A DNA stretch of 63,599 nt, counting the filler, from Octopus bimaculoides (taxonomy: Eukaryota), in the NCBI RefSeq assembly GCF_001194135.2. It is 6 parts of 6 records of this genome, joined end to end, with 100 filler letters (N's around TTAATTAATTAA, not from the genome) between each part and the next. Parts side by side here need not be neighbours in the genome. Positions count along the whole stretch, not along the records: positions 12,156 to 33,562 come from NC_068983.1; positions 33,663 to 49,615 come from NC_068985.1; 4 more parts are not named here. One strand, 5' to 3'. The position numbers and the translations under genes were made by a program. The notes under the pieces are model-generated. The model made no database searches. It saw nothing but the letters and a program-made list of their open reading frames with translations, and was not told where the DNA came from. Shown piece by piece: positions 26,572 through 39,479 of this stretch (position 1 is its first letter; the number at the start of each line of letters is the position of its first letter).

Positions 26572-27143
26572 NNNNNNNNNNNNNNNNNNNNNNNNNNNNN
26601 NNNNNNNNNNNNNNNNNNNNNNNNNNNNNNNNNNNNNNNNNNNNNNNNNNNNNNNNNNNNNNNNNNNNNNNNNNNNNNNNNNNNNNNNNNNNNNNNNNNN
26701 NNNNNNNNNNNNNNNNNNNNNNNNNNNNNNNNNNNNNNNNNNNNNNNNNNNNNNNNNNNNNNNNNNNNNNNNNNNNNNNNNNNNNNNNNNNNNNNNNNNN
26801 NNNNNNNNNNNNNNNNNNNNNNNNNNNNNNNNNNNNNNNNNNNNNNNNNNNNNNNNNNNNNNNNNNNNNNNNNNNNNNNNNNNNNNNNNNNNNNNNNNNN
26901 NNNNNNNNNNNNNNNNNNNNNNNNNNNNNNNNNNNNNNNNNNNNNNNNNNNNNNNNNNNNNNNNNNNNNNNNNNNNNNNNNNNNNNNNNNNNNNNNNNNN
27001 NNNNNNNNNNNNNNNNNNNNNNNNNNNNNNNNNNNNNNNNNNNNNNNNNNNNNNNNNNNNNNNNNNNNNNNNNNNNNNNNNNNNNNNNNNNNNNNNNNNN
27101 NNNNNNNNNNNNNNNNNNNNNNNNNNNNNNNNNNNTAGGTATA

Positions 27144-27175
<32 letters not shown>

Positions 27176-27311
27176 CACACACACACATATACATACCTAC
27201 ACACATAATATACACGCATATACACATTAATAGATTTACACATATAATATATACAGTACATACATATGTATATAATATATATATATATATGCATATATAT
27301 ACATGTATGTA

Positions 27312-27370
<59 letters not shown>

Positions 27371-28049
27371 ATATCTCTATATATATATATACATACGTAC
27401 ATTTATATGTTAATACACACACACGCACACACACACATGTATACATATATATTCGCTGTACATTCATATGTACATCCGCTCACCACCGTCCACTACCACC
27501 ATCACCACCGACCATCACCACCAGCATCACCGCTACCACTACTCCGCATATATATTCAATTTTACAGAGTTGAATTCTTCCAAGCGGAGCAAAAGAAAAG
27601 ATAAAAAGCTAAAGAAAGGAAATGGAAACAAAAAGGAAAGATAAATAATAAAGGAATAAACGGATGAAAGAAACTTCCTGACCATATTTCCGCCAACTCT
27701 CCCTCTCTCTCTCTCGCTTTCTCTTATCAAAGGAACAAACTCCTCAAAGACATATAACTAAAAAAAAAAATAAAATAAAATAAATACATAAATAAAACAA
27801 AACGATAACAATATAAGGCAACTACGTAACAAAATAAAACAAACAAAAATATTACGGATACCAATTCTATATTGATCCCAATGTTTAGTTCTGATTTGCT
27901 TCGCTTTCATGTCTTTCTTGGTTTTAATTTATCCGAAATTCTTTTGAGTGCTTACTAATATTGCGGCTCTTCCATTTTGTTTCGTAGTTCTCTTTGTTCT
28001 TTTTTCTTTTTGTTTTCAATCTTAAAGGTTTTTATTGTGGCGTTCGTTG

Positions 28050-28261
28050 TTTGACGATGTTGATGAAATCGATTATGATGATTATGACGACGACGATCAT
28101 GATGGTGGTAAAGATGTTGATGATGATGATGATGATGATGATGATGTGAATGATGTTGACGGTGGTGATGATCGTAATTATAATCTTAATGATTATAATG
28201 GTGTTGTTGATGGTGATGCAAACGGTGATGGCAATAATCACGATGATGATGACGTTGATGA

Positions 28262-28306
<45 letters not shown>

Positions 28307-28985
28307 CGTTGTCGTCGTCGTCGTCGTCGTTGTTGTTGTTGTTGTTGTTGACGACGACGACGACATCGATAACGATGGTGATGGCGATGATGATGATGAT
28401 GATGACGATGATGATGATGATGATTACGATGGGAATGAAAAAAATAATAATAATAAGAAGAAGAAGAAGAAAAAGAAAAAGAAGAAGTAGAAGAAGAAGA
28501 ACAAGAAGAAGAAGGAGAAGAAGAAGAAGAAAAAGTAGAAGAAGAAAAAGAAAAGAAGAAGAAGAAGTAGAAGAACAAGAAGAACAAGAAGAAGAAGAAG
28601 AAGAAGAAAAAGTAGAAGAAGAAAAAGAAGAAGAAGAAGAAGATGACCACGATCGTGATAGTGAAGATGATAATGATAATGACAACGGTGTTGATGTTGA
28701 TGAGAATGATGGTGTTGATGATGGTGATGAATATGAGGAGGACAATATCTTCATGATTACAATGGCGGTATTGATAGTGATGCAGATGATTATGGTGAAA
28801 ATGATGATGATGATGATTATGATGATGAGCAGGAGGAGGAGAAGGAAGAGGCGGGTGAGGAAGAGGAGGAAGTGGAGAAGGAGGGAGAGGAGGATAATGG
28901 TGGTGATGATGAAGAAGAAGCAGAAGAGAAAGAGGAATAAAAAAGGAATCAGAAGAGAAGGAAGAAGGAAAAGAAAGAAATGATG
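28050..28985 (+). repeat. About 1-kb compound trinucleotide array (GAT/GTT/GTC/GAA/GAG)
   Basis: Direct reading; explains the long D/E/K/V/M-rich ORFs. Confidence 0.92.
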
Positions 28986-28996
28986 ATAGTGTTGGC

Positions 28997-29265
28997 CTCT
29001 TTTGCCGAACCACTAAGTTTTGGGGATGTAAGCAAACCAACACCGGTTGCCAAGCGGTGTAAGGGTCAAACACTGATACAAAAAACACATGTGCGCGCGC
29101 ACACACGACGGGCTTCCACACCGTTTCCGTCTATCAAATTCGCTCGCAAGGCAATGGTCAGCCCGAAGTAACAGCAGTAGGCACTCGTCCAAGATGCCAA
29201 GCAGTGAGACCTGAACTCGGATCGATGTGGTTACAAAACGTGCTTCTTAACCATTCGGGCATGCC
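28997..29265 (-). mobile_element. SINE family A, decayed
   Basis: Reverse-complement match to head, centre and part of the tail. Confidence 0.65.
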
Positions 29266-29266
29266 A

Positions 29267-29300
<34 letters not shown>

Positions 29301-29354
29301 GTGTTGGTGGTTACGATGTTGGTGACGATGATGACTACATAAATGTTATGATGG

Positions 29355-30820
29355 GGTGAAGAAGGCTTGGCACCTCACAGTTGGATAGGTAAAATATGAG
29401 CACGTTTGGTGTGACAGAATATATGGAGAAAATGGCCAATGAAAGTATGAAACATTGGAATACTGAATTGATTGGAGGAAGAGAAAGGCTTGGGAAAGTA
29501 AACATCAGACGTGGTGTACTTCAAGGTGATAGCTTATCTCCATTACTATTTGTATTGGCCATGATACCGATTAGTTTGATATTACGAAAAGCCAAAATAG
29601 CTCATGATTTGTGAAAAAGGATATAGACAAAGAAATCATCTCCTTTTTATGGATGATATAAAGCTTTATGCAAAAAATGCAAAGCAGCAGGAGAATCCTG
29701 TACATACTGTTCGTGTTTTGTTAAATGATGTATGTGTGGAATTTGGGATTGAAAAGTACGCAATATTGAAAATGAAACGGAGAAGATTTGAAGCCAAGGA
29801 ATTGAAACGTCAAATGGGCAAACAATGAAAGCGGATGGGAAAGGACAGTGATATAAGTATTTGAGGCAGATGAAATGAAATATAAAGAGATAAAACAACT
29901 TACCAATAGCGAGTATACAAGGAGAGTGAGAGAAACATTACAGTCAGGGTTGAATTCAAATAATGTTATCGAAGCCATAAATTCAAGAGCAGTACCGCTT
30001 ATCAGATATTTAGCTGGAATAGTGGATATGTAGCTGGAACAATGACTTACAGAAACTTACAGAAAAATTAGAAAGCTGTTGACTATGTAAGGAACCCACC
30101 GTCCGAAAGCTGATATTAACTGCTTGTACTTGAATAGAGACAGGGTAGAAGAGATTTAATTGCTGTGGAAGAGTGTGTACGGATGACAAGTAAAAGCCTA
30201 CTAGATTATTTATAGAACAGGGAAGAGAAATTACTAAAGACAGTGAATAAAGAACAGATAACCAAGGGTGGAATAGGTGAAAAAGACAATAATGAAATTC
30301 AAAGACAACATGTTAGCAGATTGATGAGAAATTTTTGCATGGTCAATTTTGGAAGGAAACTGAAGATGTATGTGGAACAAAATCCTGGGTTTGGCTGAAA
30401 AAAAGAGTAATTGAGAAAAGAAATAGAGTTTTATTATAATATCTTAAGATCAAACACTACAAACAAACTGCTTGAGAAAATGTGAATGAGGAGAAGGTAT
30501 TAGAAAAATGTAGAATATGTGGAATTTGGAATAAAACAATGGCACACGTTGTTGCTGAATGCTCCAAATTGGCTGAAGGAGAATTTAGAAAATAGAGGCA
30601 TGATGAAGTTGTAAAAGTCTTGTACAGAAATGGCGGTTTGGAGCTGGAAGTACTTGGTATAGTCATCGGGCTGAAAGAGAGTGCTTTTCAAATGGATAAG
30701 AAGATAGAAAATAATAAGCCAGATATAATAATAATAGACAAGAAAAAGCGAATTTGCTTACTATTTGATTTATCATATCTGTTTGATACTAGGATTGTAA
30801 AGAAAGACGACTATATCAAT
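29355..30820 (+). mobile_element. R4/Dong-like non-LTR retrotransposon internal fragment (RT, CCHC, REL), decayed
   Basis: RRGVLQGDSLSPLLFVLAMIP; NHLLFMDDIKLYAKN; KCRICG...AHVVAECSKLA...RHDEVV; NNKPDIIIIDKK...LLFDLS. Many stops and frameshifts. Begins after a (GAT)n tract. Confidence 0.85.
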
Positions 30821-31278
30821 AATAATCGTGTACTACACATCATTCCTATACTCAAAATACAATGTTTGAAATGCACACACAAGCATAAGGAACATATGAG
30901 AAGTTTGGACATACAAAGCTAAACAAAAAATTGTCAATGTAAGACAAGTGAAACAACATTGAAATAAAAATAATTCGGCTTTAACACAATCAGTTATATC
31001 TCTGAATAAATCTATCAGCAGAGATAAAATCAGCCAAGTCGCAACATAAATGTTTTGTTATTTCGAAATCTCATCTCGAAAATTTAACTCCCAATGAAAA
31101 GGCTCATGTTTTATTCCTAGGGTCCAAAACATCATGTATAGAACCCCGAGGAAGTGCGGGAGACTATCGACGCGTAAACCTTTGAAAATGTATGGTGATT
31201 TGTAATAAACAATACCAAGATTCCAAAATTAATGTAGTGCAACACGTAGAAAGAATATACGTTAAAAGAAAAAAAAAA

Positions 31279-31482
31279 GGCTGACCAAGGCCTTGTGAGT
31301 GGATTTGGTAGCTTGACAACCGATGTTGATGTGTTTATGTCCCCGTAATCTAAATGTTCGGCAAAAGAGACCGATAGAATAAGTACTAGCCTTACAAAGA
31401 ATAAGTTCTGGGGTCAATTTGTTCGACTAAAGGCGGTGTTCCAGCATGGCCGCAGTAAAATGACTGAAGCAGAAGAATAAAA
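31279..31482 (+). mobile_element. SINE family A, 5'-truncated, internal microsatellite module deleted
   Basis: ggatttggtag is joined directly to cttgacaaccg at 31311/31312. Confidence 0.8.
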
Positions 31483-31801
31483 GTATAAAATTGATTACGT
31501 ACGACAAACTAATGCGAGCATGGCAATAGAGCCTATACTAAACACATAAAACTGAACAGAGGGAAGAAAATAACACAACTGAGTCAATCATATATACAAT
31601 AACATAGTCCTCAAACACCATGAAAATTTAGAAAAACCATAAATAAGAAATAAGTAAAGGATTACAGTAAATCCAAAACAGATACAAAGAAAAAGAAATA
31701 ATTTCCAAAATAATGGAGAAATGTGCAAGTGATTGATTGTTCCTCTTGGAAACATTCAGTCAAATTCACTGTCACAACCAAAGTATGTTATCTACATCAT
31801 A

Positions 31802-31890
31802 CACAGACATGTCAGAAGTAAATAGACACCTCATAAAGCATCGTTTTATGTTTATTCTAACTTGTAAAGGTTTATATTTTTATTAATTGA
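31802..31890 (+). mobile_element. Tc1-like left end (TIR)
   Basis: TA|CACAGACATGTCAGAAGTAAATAGACACCT is a near-inverted copy of the right TIR at 42088-42121. Confidence 0.65.
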
Positions 31891-31894
31891 CACA

Positions 31895-33305
31895 GTAATA
31901 AAAGACCTCGAGCAGGAACAAACTTACAAATACCTCGGAATAAATGGTGGCTCTGGCATTCAACATGCAAGTATGAAAGAAAAGATCATGAAGAAGTGTT
32001 ACAGGAAAGTTCGAGCAGTCTTAAGATCCGAGTTAAATACACGTAATAAAGTATTAGCTATAAATTCCTTAGCAGTTGCGGTTGTTATTTACAGTTTCAA
32101 TGTGTTTAACTGGAATATGAGCGAAATAAGGAAGATTGTCAGGAAAATTCATAACTTGCTGACTTGCAATAAGATGCACCACACAAAAGTAGACACAAAT
32201 CGTCTTTACCTACCCAGAGCTCAAGGAGGTTGAGGCTTGATCCAATTTGAAATCTACAAAATCATCAAAATTGGACGGCAAACTATCTTGAAACATCTAA
32301 CGACTGGATGCTAAAGCTCTTTGAAAACCATGAAAGACGTAAGAAGCTACATTCTGTTATGAAGGTGAGCAAAATATTTTCAAGTGAGCTTACGCATATT
32401 ACCTAGGTTGAACAGCATGATGGAAATGTAGTTGCCAAGAATGTTAAATCAATAGCAATGCAAAATGCGTTTGAACAATTGGCTGACAGGTGGGAACAAA
32501 AACCTGTGCATGGCAAAAATATGGCCGTAGCAAACAGGCTGATGTAGACCAGAAGCATACCCATCAGTGGCTACGAAGCTCGGAGCTGAAGGCAGATAGT
32601 GAAAGTTTTATCTTGGCCACCCAAAATCAGAGCTTATTGACCCGGCATTATAAAATCAAAACTGCTGACAAATGGTACAAGCACCACTCTGAGGCTGTAA
32701 CTGAAGGAGAAAATGTAATTATTCTATGAGACTTCCTAGTGTGTACAAACAGGATAATCAAAGCAAACAAACCAGATATTGTTGTGAAATACCAAAACAA
32801 TTAAGTCTGTTTATTGATTGACTTGAGTATACCCTGTGAACATAAAATTTCGGCAAAAGAATTTGATAAGCTCAGAAAATATAAGGATTTGCTGATCGAA
32901 ATCAAAAAGATGTGGCATCTCAAGACTGTTACAATACCAGTGATTGTAGGAGCACTTGGAATGATCAAAAAGCAACTGAAAATTATTTAAGAATGATCTC
33001 TGGCTTACCATCCATACAAGAAGTGCAAAAGATTGTCTTGACTGGTACGTCACACGTGCTGAGAAGAACATTGTCGCTGTGAATTTTTTTCCCATTTCCC
33101 CTTTAATATTTTTGCTTACACTTTTGTTTTTTATTTTCTATTTTTCTCTCTGTCTTTCTCATCCTTTTTCTCTATTACATGACTTTGTAAATGGACAATT
33201 TCGTGTGTTTATTTTAATGGTCTGCCAATGTATAACGTGCGTTTCTCTGACCAAGGCGTCAGGAAGACACTCGGCAAGAAATGGAAACAGAATTGAAAGA
33301 AAATT
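31895..33305 (+). mobile_element. R4/Dong-like non-LTR retrotransposon, 5'-truncated, internally deleted
   Basis: IKDLEQEQTYKYLG...SELNTRNKVLAINSLAV...RLYLPRAQGG (RT thumb); NKPDIVV...LIDLSIP...KYKDLLIEIKKMW...VIVGALG...QKIVLTGTSHVLRRTLSL* (REL). 3' UTR followed by a (GAT)n(AAT)n tail. Confidence 0.88.
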
Positions 33306-33338
33306 ATGATGATGATGATGATAATAATAATAATGATG

Positions 33339-33390
<52 letters not shown>

Positions 33391-33395
33391 CAATG
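33305..33395 (+). repeat. (GAT)n(AAT)n tract between two Dong-like copies
   Basis: Direct reading. Confidence 0.95.
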
Positions 33396-33562
33396 AATCT
33401 CTAAATGCTGGAGATGTAAGAATTTCATGTGGCATTTTCCAGGGTGACTCACTATCACCACTCCTCTTCTGTCTAACCCTAATACCGCTCTCAAAATTGC
33501 TCAATGATGCACAGTATGGTTATAAAGTATTTGATAAAAATATAAATCATCTCATTTACATG
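33396..33562 (+). mobile_element. R4/Dong-like RT fragment starting directly after the (AAT)n tail of the previous copy
   Basis: VRISCGIFQGDSLSPLLFCLTLIPLSKLLN...INHLIYM; cut by the assembly linker at 33563. Confidence 0.85.
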
Positions 33563-34572
33563 NNNNNNNNNNNNNNNNNNNNNNNNNNNNNNNNNNNNNN
33601 NNNNNNTTAATTAATTAANNNNNNNNNNNNNNNNNNNNNNNNNNNNNNNNNNNNNNNNNNNNATGTTTATATACACATATATATATACCTATGTACTTAC
33701 TTATATATACATATACACATACATATATACATACATACATATATACATACATACATACATATGTACATATATACATATGGTAGAAGTCAAATCGTGAACG
33801 AGTCAGACCACTTCCTTTATGAAGGAACTCTAAAGAGATTTGGGCATCCTTCACTATCTGTTGTTTATTTCTTAGTTAATTCCTAATTAGTATCCGGTCC
33901 AACGAACAAATAGTGGCTACGAAGTGGTCCTCAATTCCTCAAAAGCCTAGAAATCCTCAAACAGGGCTCCGCTACTTAGTACAGTCTAGAACCATATCCA
34001 GGACATAAATCATTGTGCAAAGTTCTGATGGGAAATAAACAAAGTTTGGATAAGTTTAAATATATTTGACATATTACTACTAAAAAAGGTAACTTTATTA
34101 CAGTTTACCGTTGGTAAAAAGACAAAATAAAAACCATGAGCAGCTCAGGTGCGCCTTCTATTGGATCCCTAGTTTGTTTATTTCTCATTACTGCTTCTGG
34201 CTACTAATTATGTATTTATTCCGAATGGTTGGTCTATAAGCACAGATCAGTCGAAAGTATTGAATGATTCATTAAAAAGCTACGGCTTTTCGCCAGCTCA
34301 GCGTTACCTCTCTTTCATTGAGGAAGGAATAGCGAGCCAGAAATACATGTAAGTGTCCAGTTCAAGGCTCCACTAAGCAGATAATAATGTATTTCTACCT
34401 TTTCACCTCTTATCATATACAGGAATTTTTTTCTCTCTGGAATTGCCTTTAGAAGTTGAGAATTGTCACAAATATATTTGAATTAATGTACAATCTCTCG
34501 ATTTATCTAGTTATCTATCATCTGTCTATCTAGCTATGTGTGTGCATATAAATATATATAGGCACACAGACA

Positions 34573-34627
<55 letters not shown>

Positions 34628-36397
34628 GAACATGTGTATATCAACATATATACACATATGAATATATACATATATACTACGCACACATACAAACACGCAC
34701 ATACACACACACTTATACAAATATATAGATATAGTCACAAACATACCTCAACTTACATTGTGTCGAGTTCCGTGTCTTTTGATCTTTTTTTAGTCTTCTA
34801 AAGAAATTAATGTATAAAATATCTAAACCCATAAAAATATCTCAACCCATAAAAATTGCAGAAGCAAACAGAAACCAATAAAAACAAATAAAATATGAGT
34901 GAATTATTTATAAAACAATAACACACGTAAGCTCATCATTCGTTTAAGTTAAGTGACATGACTTGGAACCAGTTACCCACGAAATTTGCGATACAAGACT
35001 TTTGTATTTGCCTTAATCTATGAAATATATAATTCATAACTCCCATCATTGGATTAAATGTCTATACGAAATCATTAAAATACTTATAAGTGTTTTTGGT
35101 ACATGGTGCCCTTTTTCAGAAATGTATTCGGTATGTCTTACCGTTATTAACCTTGCACAATACATGTGCCTCATAACTAGAGTAATTGTAGGGTAACTAC
35201 AAATTTCATATTATGGAATTAGCGGAAACCGATGCATTTAGATTACATGAAAACTAAATAATTTCATCGATCCAAGTTATTTTTCCGTTTCACTTAATTT
35301 TGAAATCACCCGCTTGAGTGTTGCAGATTAGATTAGATATACGGCAAAAATACTTGTCTTTTCTTGAAAGACTCTACACGTGCTAATTTTGAAACTAGTA
35401 AGGACAAAATTGTTCTAAAGTGTAGTACAATTTTCTGAAAGGAATCAAGCTGTCGAAACTATTTTCGAATCATTGTTTGAACCAGTTATCAGATTATCAA
35501 ATTTGTGCTTCTATTTCTGTCTCTCAAGTAGTTGATTGCTATGCGGCATTAAAAGTTACAAGATTACTTAATATTAATTCAATCAGCTGACTTAAATCTC
35601 AAATGAACCATTAAAAGTTTCATCATGTAACTTTACAGCAATTGATTTTGATTTAATAGTTTCAAGTCAAATTGCACTTTGTATATTATGGCCATTTCAG
35701 CAAATTGAATATGAACATCGTAAGTTACGGTCATTTCGGTGAATGCAGCAAGTACGTCATGCACAATAGACACCCAAAAAACTGCTCCTCAATATCTGAA
35801 CTCTGTTCTTCAACACCCAAACACTATTCTTTAATTGTGAAGAACTAGTCAAGTTAAATGCTACAAATTCATTCATTTGCCTTAAATACTTCAATTTTTT
35901 ATCGGTGTTAAATCGTTGATAATTAATCTTAAGTATTGTACTATATGAGGACAGTTCAACCTATTCTTCATGGTAAACTATACACATTTGCAGAAGTGTG
36001 CTTGATTAATGCGGCGAAATTATCCTGGCATTGTGTCAACAACTAATGAAAGTTTATGGTGACATTGTTCGTATTTGACATTTGTGTTTACCTGCCGCCA
36101 GTGCTTAATTAACTTTTCTTATACATACACAAATTTGTCTAAGCATGCAGTTTATAGTGGTTATTTGAAAATGATAATGTGCAAAGACACAGGAATCATC
36201 ATTTAGCAATTTCACCATCATTGCTGAATGTTTTTCTTCAGATAATATGACACGTCTGTATTTCAGCATTACATGTCTATACGAGAAGATTTCTGAACAC
36301 AAATACCGCAGTTACGTGGTTTTCAGGAGTATATCCCCATTAAGGAAGATATACAGAATTATATATGTGTGTGCGTGTGTGCGTGTGTGTGTGTGCG

Positions 36398-36433
<36 letters not shown>

Positions 36434-37010
36434 TGTGTGTGTGTGTGTGTGTGTTTGCGGGTGTATATGTACAAACACTACACACTTTTGAAAATTTGAT
36501 GTGTAACTTATAAAGTATATTCGCATGTTTTAAAATATGATTAAATTATAATTACTTCTAATATATTCTCTGAGCATTTTGAACTTCATTTCTTCTATTC
36601 TTAATATGATTTACGCTGTCCCATCATACCCGCTGTTTAATGTTTGAAGACATTTAACTAATAAAATAATTGACTATCGCCGTAGCAAGGCTATTTCCGG
36701 GTAGTTTTCAATGGTCCATGTATCAATATATTCACCACTCACTTAGCGGGCTAACATTTCTCTGATGTCAACTTTTATATCCTTAGTTGTCATATTATGT
36801 GATTAATTGTTGTTTCATAAAACAATGAATTCATTAAATTCTGTATGTACTTATACATTTCATGTGTCGTTCACAACTACGTAATTGGTATATTGTATTA
36901 GCATATTTGTTTGGAAACCCAAACACATGAATATATATACACATATGTATATACAAAATATATATGTACACGCGCATATATAAGTACACGTACATTTGTA
37001 TGTATGTATA

Positions 37011-37050
<40 letters not shown>

Positions 37051-37382
37051 CATATATATATATATATACATACATATATATATATATATACATACATATA
37101 TACAGAGAGAGAGAGATTGAGAGAGAGAGATTGAGTGAGAGAGAGGAACAGGGAGAGACTATATGTGTATATCTTGTTCATATTAGACTGTAGCCATTTT
37201 TCAGTACCACCTTCAATAAATTTTAGTTGAAATAATCGACCCCTGTATATATTTTTTAAACTGTCTCTTTTTGCCAGACTGATTGACTATAGGGACACAA
37301 GCAAAGCAACATCGGTGGTCAATCGATGGTGGGGGACAAATTTAAAGACGTACACGCATAGGTTTATACATATATATATATA

Positions 37383-37542
37383 CGACGAGCTTCTTTCTGT
37401 TTCTTTCAACCAAATTCTACTCGCAAGGCTTTGGTCGGTCCAGGACTATAGTAGAAGACACCCAAGGTGCTACGCAATGGGACTGGGTCGAGAATCGTAT
37501 GGTTGGGAAACAAACGTCTTACTACACAACCATGCCTGCGCC
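37383..37542 (-). mobile_element. SINE family A, 5' half
   Basis: Reverse-complement match ending gcctgcgcc. Confidence 0.75.
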
Positions 37543-37669
37543 CATGCATAAGAAAGTATATAATATAATGGAACATTGACAATATTATGACATCCCACTT
37601 CGAAGAGTACCTCCATGCAATTCAATTACAAGAGATCCCTTCTAAGTACATAAAGCATGAAAGGCAAAA

Positions 37670-37888
37670 AATATTCTTTGTTTTCTACTCCAGGCACAAG
37701 GACCGAAATTTTGTGGGAGGGGGCCATTTGATTAGAGCGATCTCAATACGCAACTGGTACTCAAATTATCGACCCCAAAAGAATGAAAGGCAAAGTCGAC
37801 CTCGGCGGAATATGAACTCAGAAAGTGGTGACAGATGAAATATCACTAAACATTTCGCCCGGCGTGCTAACGTTTCTTCCAGCTCGCC
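37670..37888 (-). mobile_element. SINE family B, full length, alternative tail
   Basis: Complete head; tail ...aaatttcggtccttgtgcctggagtagaaaac. Confidence 0.8.
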
Positions 37889-38371
37889 GGGTTAAAATGC
37901 AGAAAACTTTAACAGAAAAAAAATCTAGGCGGTACCAGATCAAGACTGAAGGCATCAACCATATTACTGCCACCTGCGAAAGAAAATCTTTCAGATATTA
38001 TCTTGCTATAAAGTATGATGCAGTAGCCAGTACAGTAGCCAAAAAAAAATTAAAAAAGCAAACCGAAACGAAAATAGGTCAACAGAACATTGATAGAACT
38101 TATAATGTAAAAGTTAAAACAGTCACTAATTTAAAATGAAACTGTATGCGTGTATGCATGTGTGTGTGAATGCATGTGTGTGTGTGTGTATGTGTGTATT
38201 TTTTGACAGAAAAGTAAAATCTGGTGACTTAATATGCTATATCTCAGAGACATTTATGTTAATTTAATTTATCTTAATAAATTCTGCATTATTTTCAAAA
38301 TTAACTGCAAAATGATATTTTTCAACCGAAATATTGTGGTAAATGGGTTAAATATTTGGTTTCGTACTTAC

Positions 38372-38510
38372 GGTTTCGAATACGACTCCATTCTGATCGG
38401 TCAATTCTTATATCCTGGTATTGGACATTCGCTGCCGCAAACAGCATTCGGCAGATCTCGGCACGACCGCGATAATTAAAGTAATGAAGTGAATACGACG
38501 AGGTTGACAT
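38372..38510 (-). CDS. S-crystallin (sigma-class GST-derived cephalopod lens protein), first coding exon
   Basis: Translates as [46 protein letters not shown], matching the S-crystallin N-terminus ([26 protein letters not shown]). Phase-1 donor C|GTAAGT at 38371. Acceptor ctctgatctttcag ends at 38521, so the exon is 38372-38520 with 10 nt of UTR. Confidence 0.9.
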
Positions 38511-38681
38511 TGTATTAAAACTGAAAGATCAGAGCAATAGAAGCAATGAAAATATTAACTCTGTGGAATGGTAAAACTATAAATAAAATGAGAGGAGTCC
38601 AAAACAAAGATGAAAAACAGAATTTACAGGAAATTCAAATCCGTAAAATTAATCTGTATTTAGACCTAAATCCACATGTTG

Positions 38682-38760
38682 TGAAACGAATAAAGCTGAA
38701 GAATCCCATTTTATAGTTGGAAAACGAGTCAGTGAGTCAGAGAATATAATGAACCAATAA
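38682..38760 (-). promoter_or_regulatory. Putative S-crystallin core promoter (TATA, two AP-1-type sites, CCAAT)
   Basis: Minus-strand TATAAAA 38715-38709; TGAGTCA 38733-38739 adjacent to CGAGTCA 38725-38731; CCAAT 38754-38758; Inr-like TTTCAC about 30 nt downstream of the TATA. Orientation fits the crystallin exon. Confidence 0.5.
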
Positions 38761-39059
38761 TGGCGTGGAATAAACTATTGGGTTGGTTGTCATTTAAAGT
38801 AATCAACGGTACCTGTTGTCTGTTTTTAAATACTTCGAAATTTGAATGTCTCCACTGACTTCATGAATTCTAAGACGCCGACACAATACTAATTGTAAGA
38901 GGATTGGTTCGGCAGTAAATTTTCTGAACTTCTTTTGAAAAATGTTTACAGCAAGAACGCCTCCGTGCACAAATAAATATATGTATGTATGTACGTACGT
39001 ATGAATGTATGTGTCTATGTATGTATGTATGTACACACGTATGTATGTACGTATCTATC

Positions 39060-39090
<31 letters not shown>

Positions 39091-39445
39091 CTATCCATCT
39101 ATCTATATATATATATANNNNNNNNNNNNNNNNNNNNNNNNNNNNNNNNNNNNNNNNNNNNNNNNNNNNNNNNNNNNNNNNNNNNNNNNNNNNNNNNNNN
39201 NNNNNNNNNNNNNNNNNNNNNNNNNNNNNNNNNNNNNNNNNNNNNNNNNNNNNNNNNNNNNNNNNNNNNNNNNNNNNNNNNNNNNNNNNNNNNNNNNNNN
39301 NNNNNNNNNNNNNNNNNNNNNNNNNCAAACAGACAAAGATATGAATAAAGCGTGCAAACATTGGGTTAAAAAATACTTTTCGGAGAGAAAATATCGAAGG
39401 CTACGCTTAGGACTAGAACCTACATCTCCAGTAAATACAGCTGTG

Positions 39446-39479
<34 letters not shown>

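Noticed and set aside
28032-29121. Long ORFs (240-311 aa) on both strands
   Set aside because: Translations of compound trinucleotide repeats; no ordinary protein sequence.
35120-35719. Two plus-strand micro-exon-like AG...GT pairs (35120-35130, 35701-35719)
   Set aside because: 11 and 19 nt, no supporting gene context, and expected by chance in AT-rich DNA.
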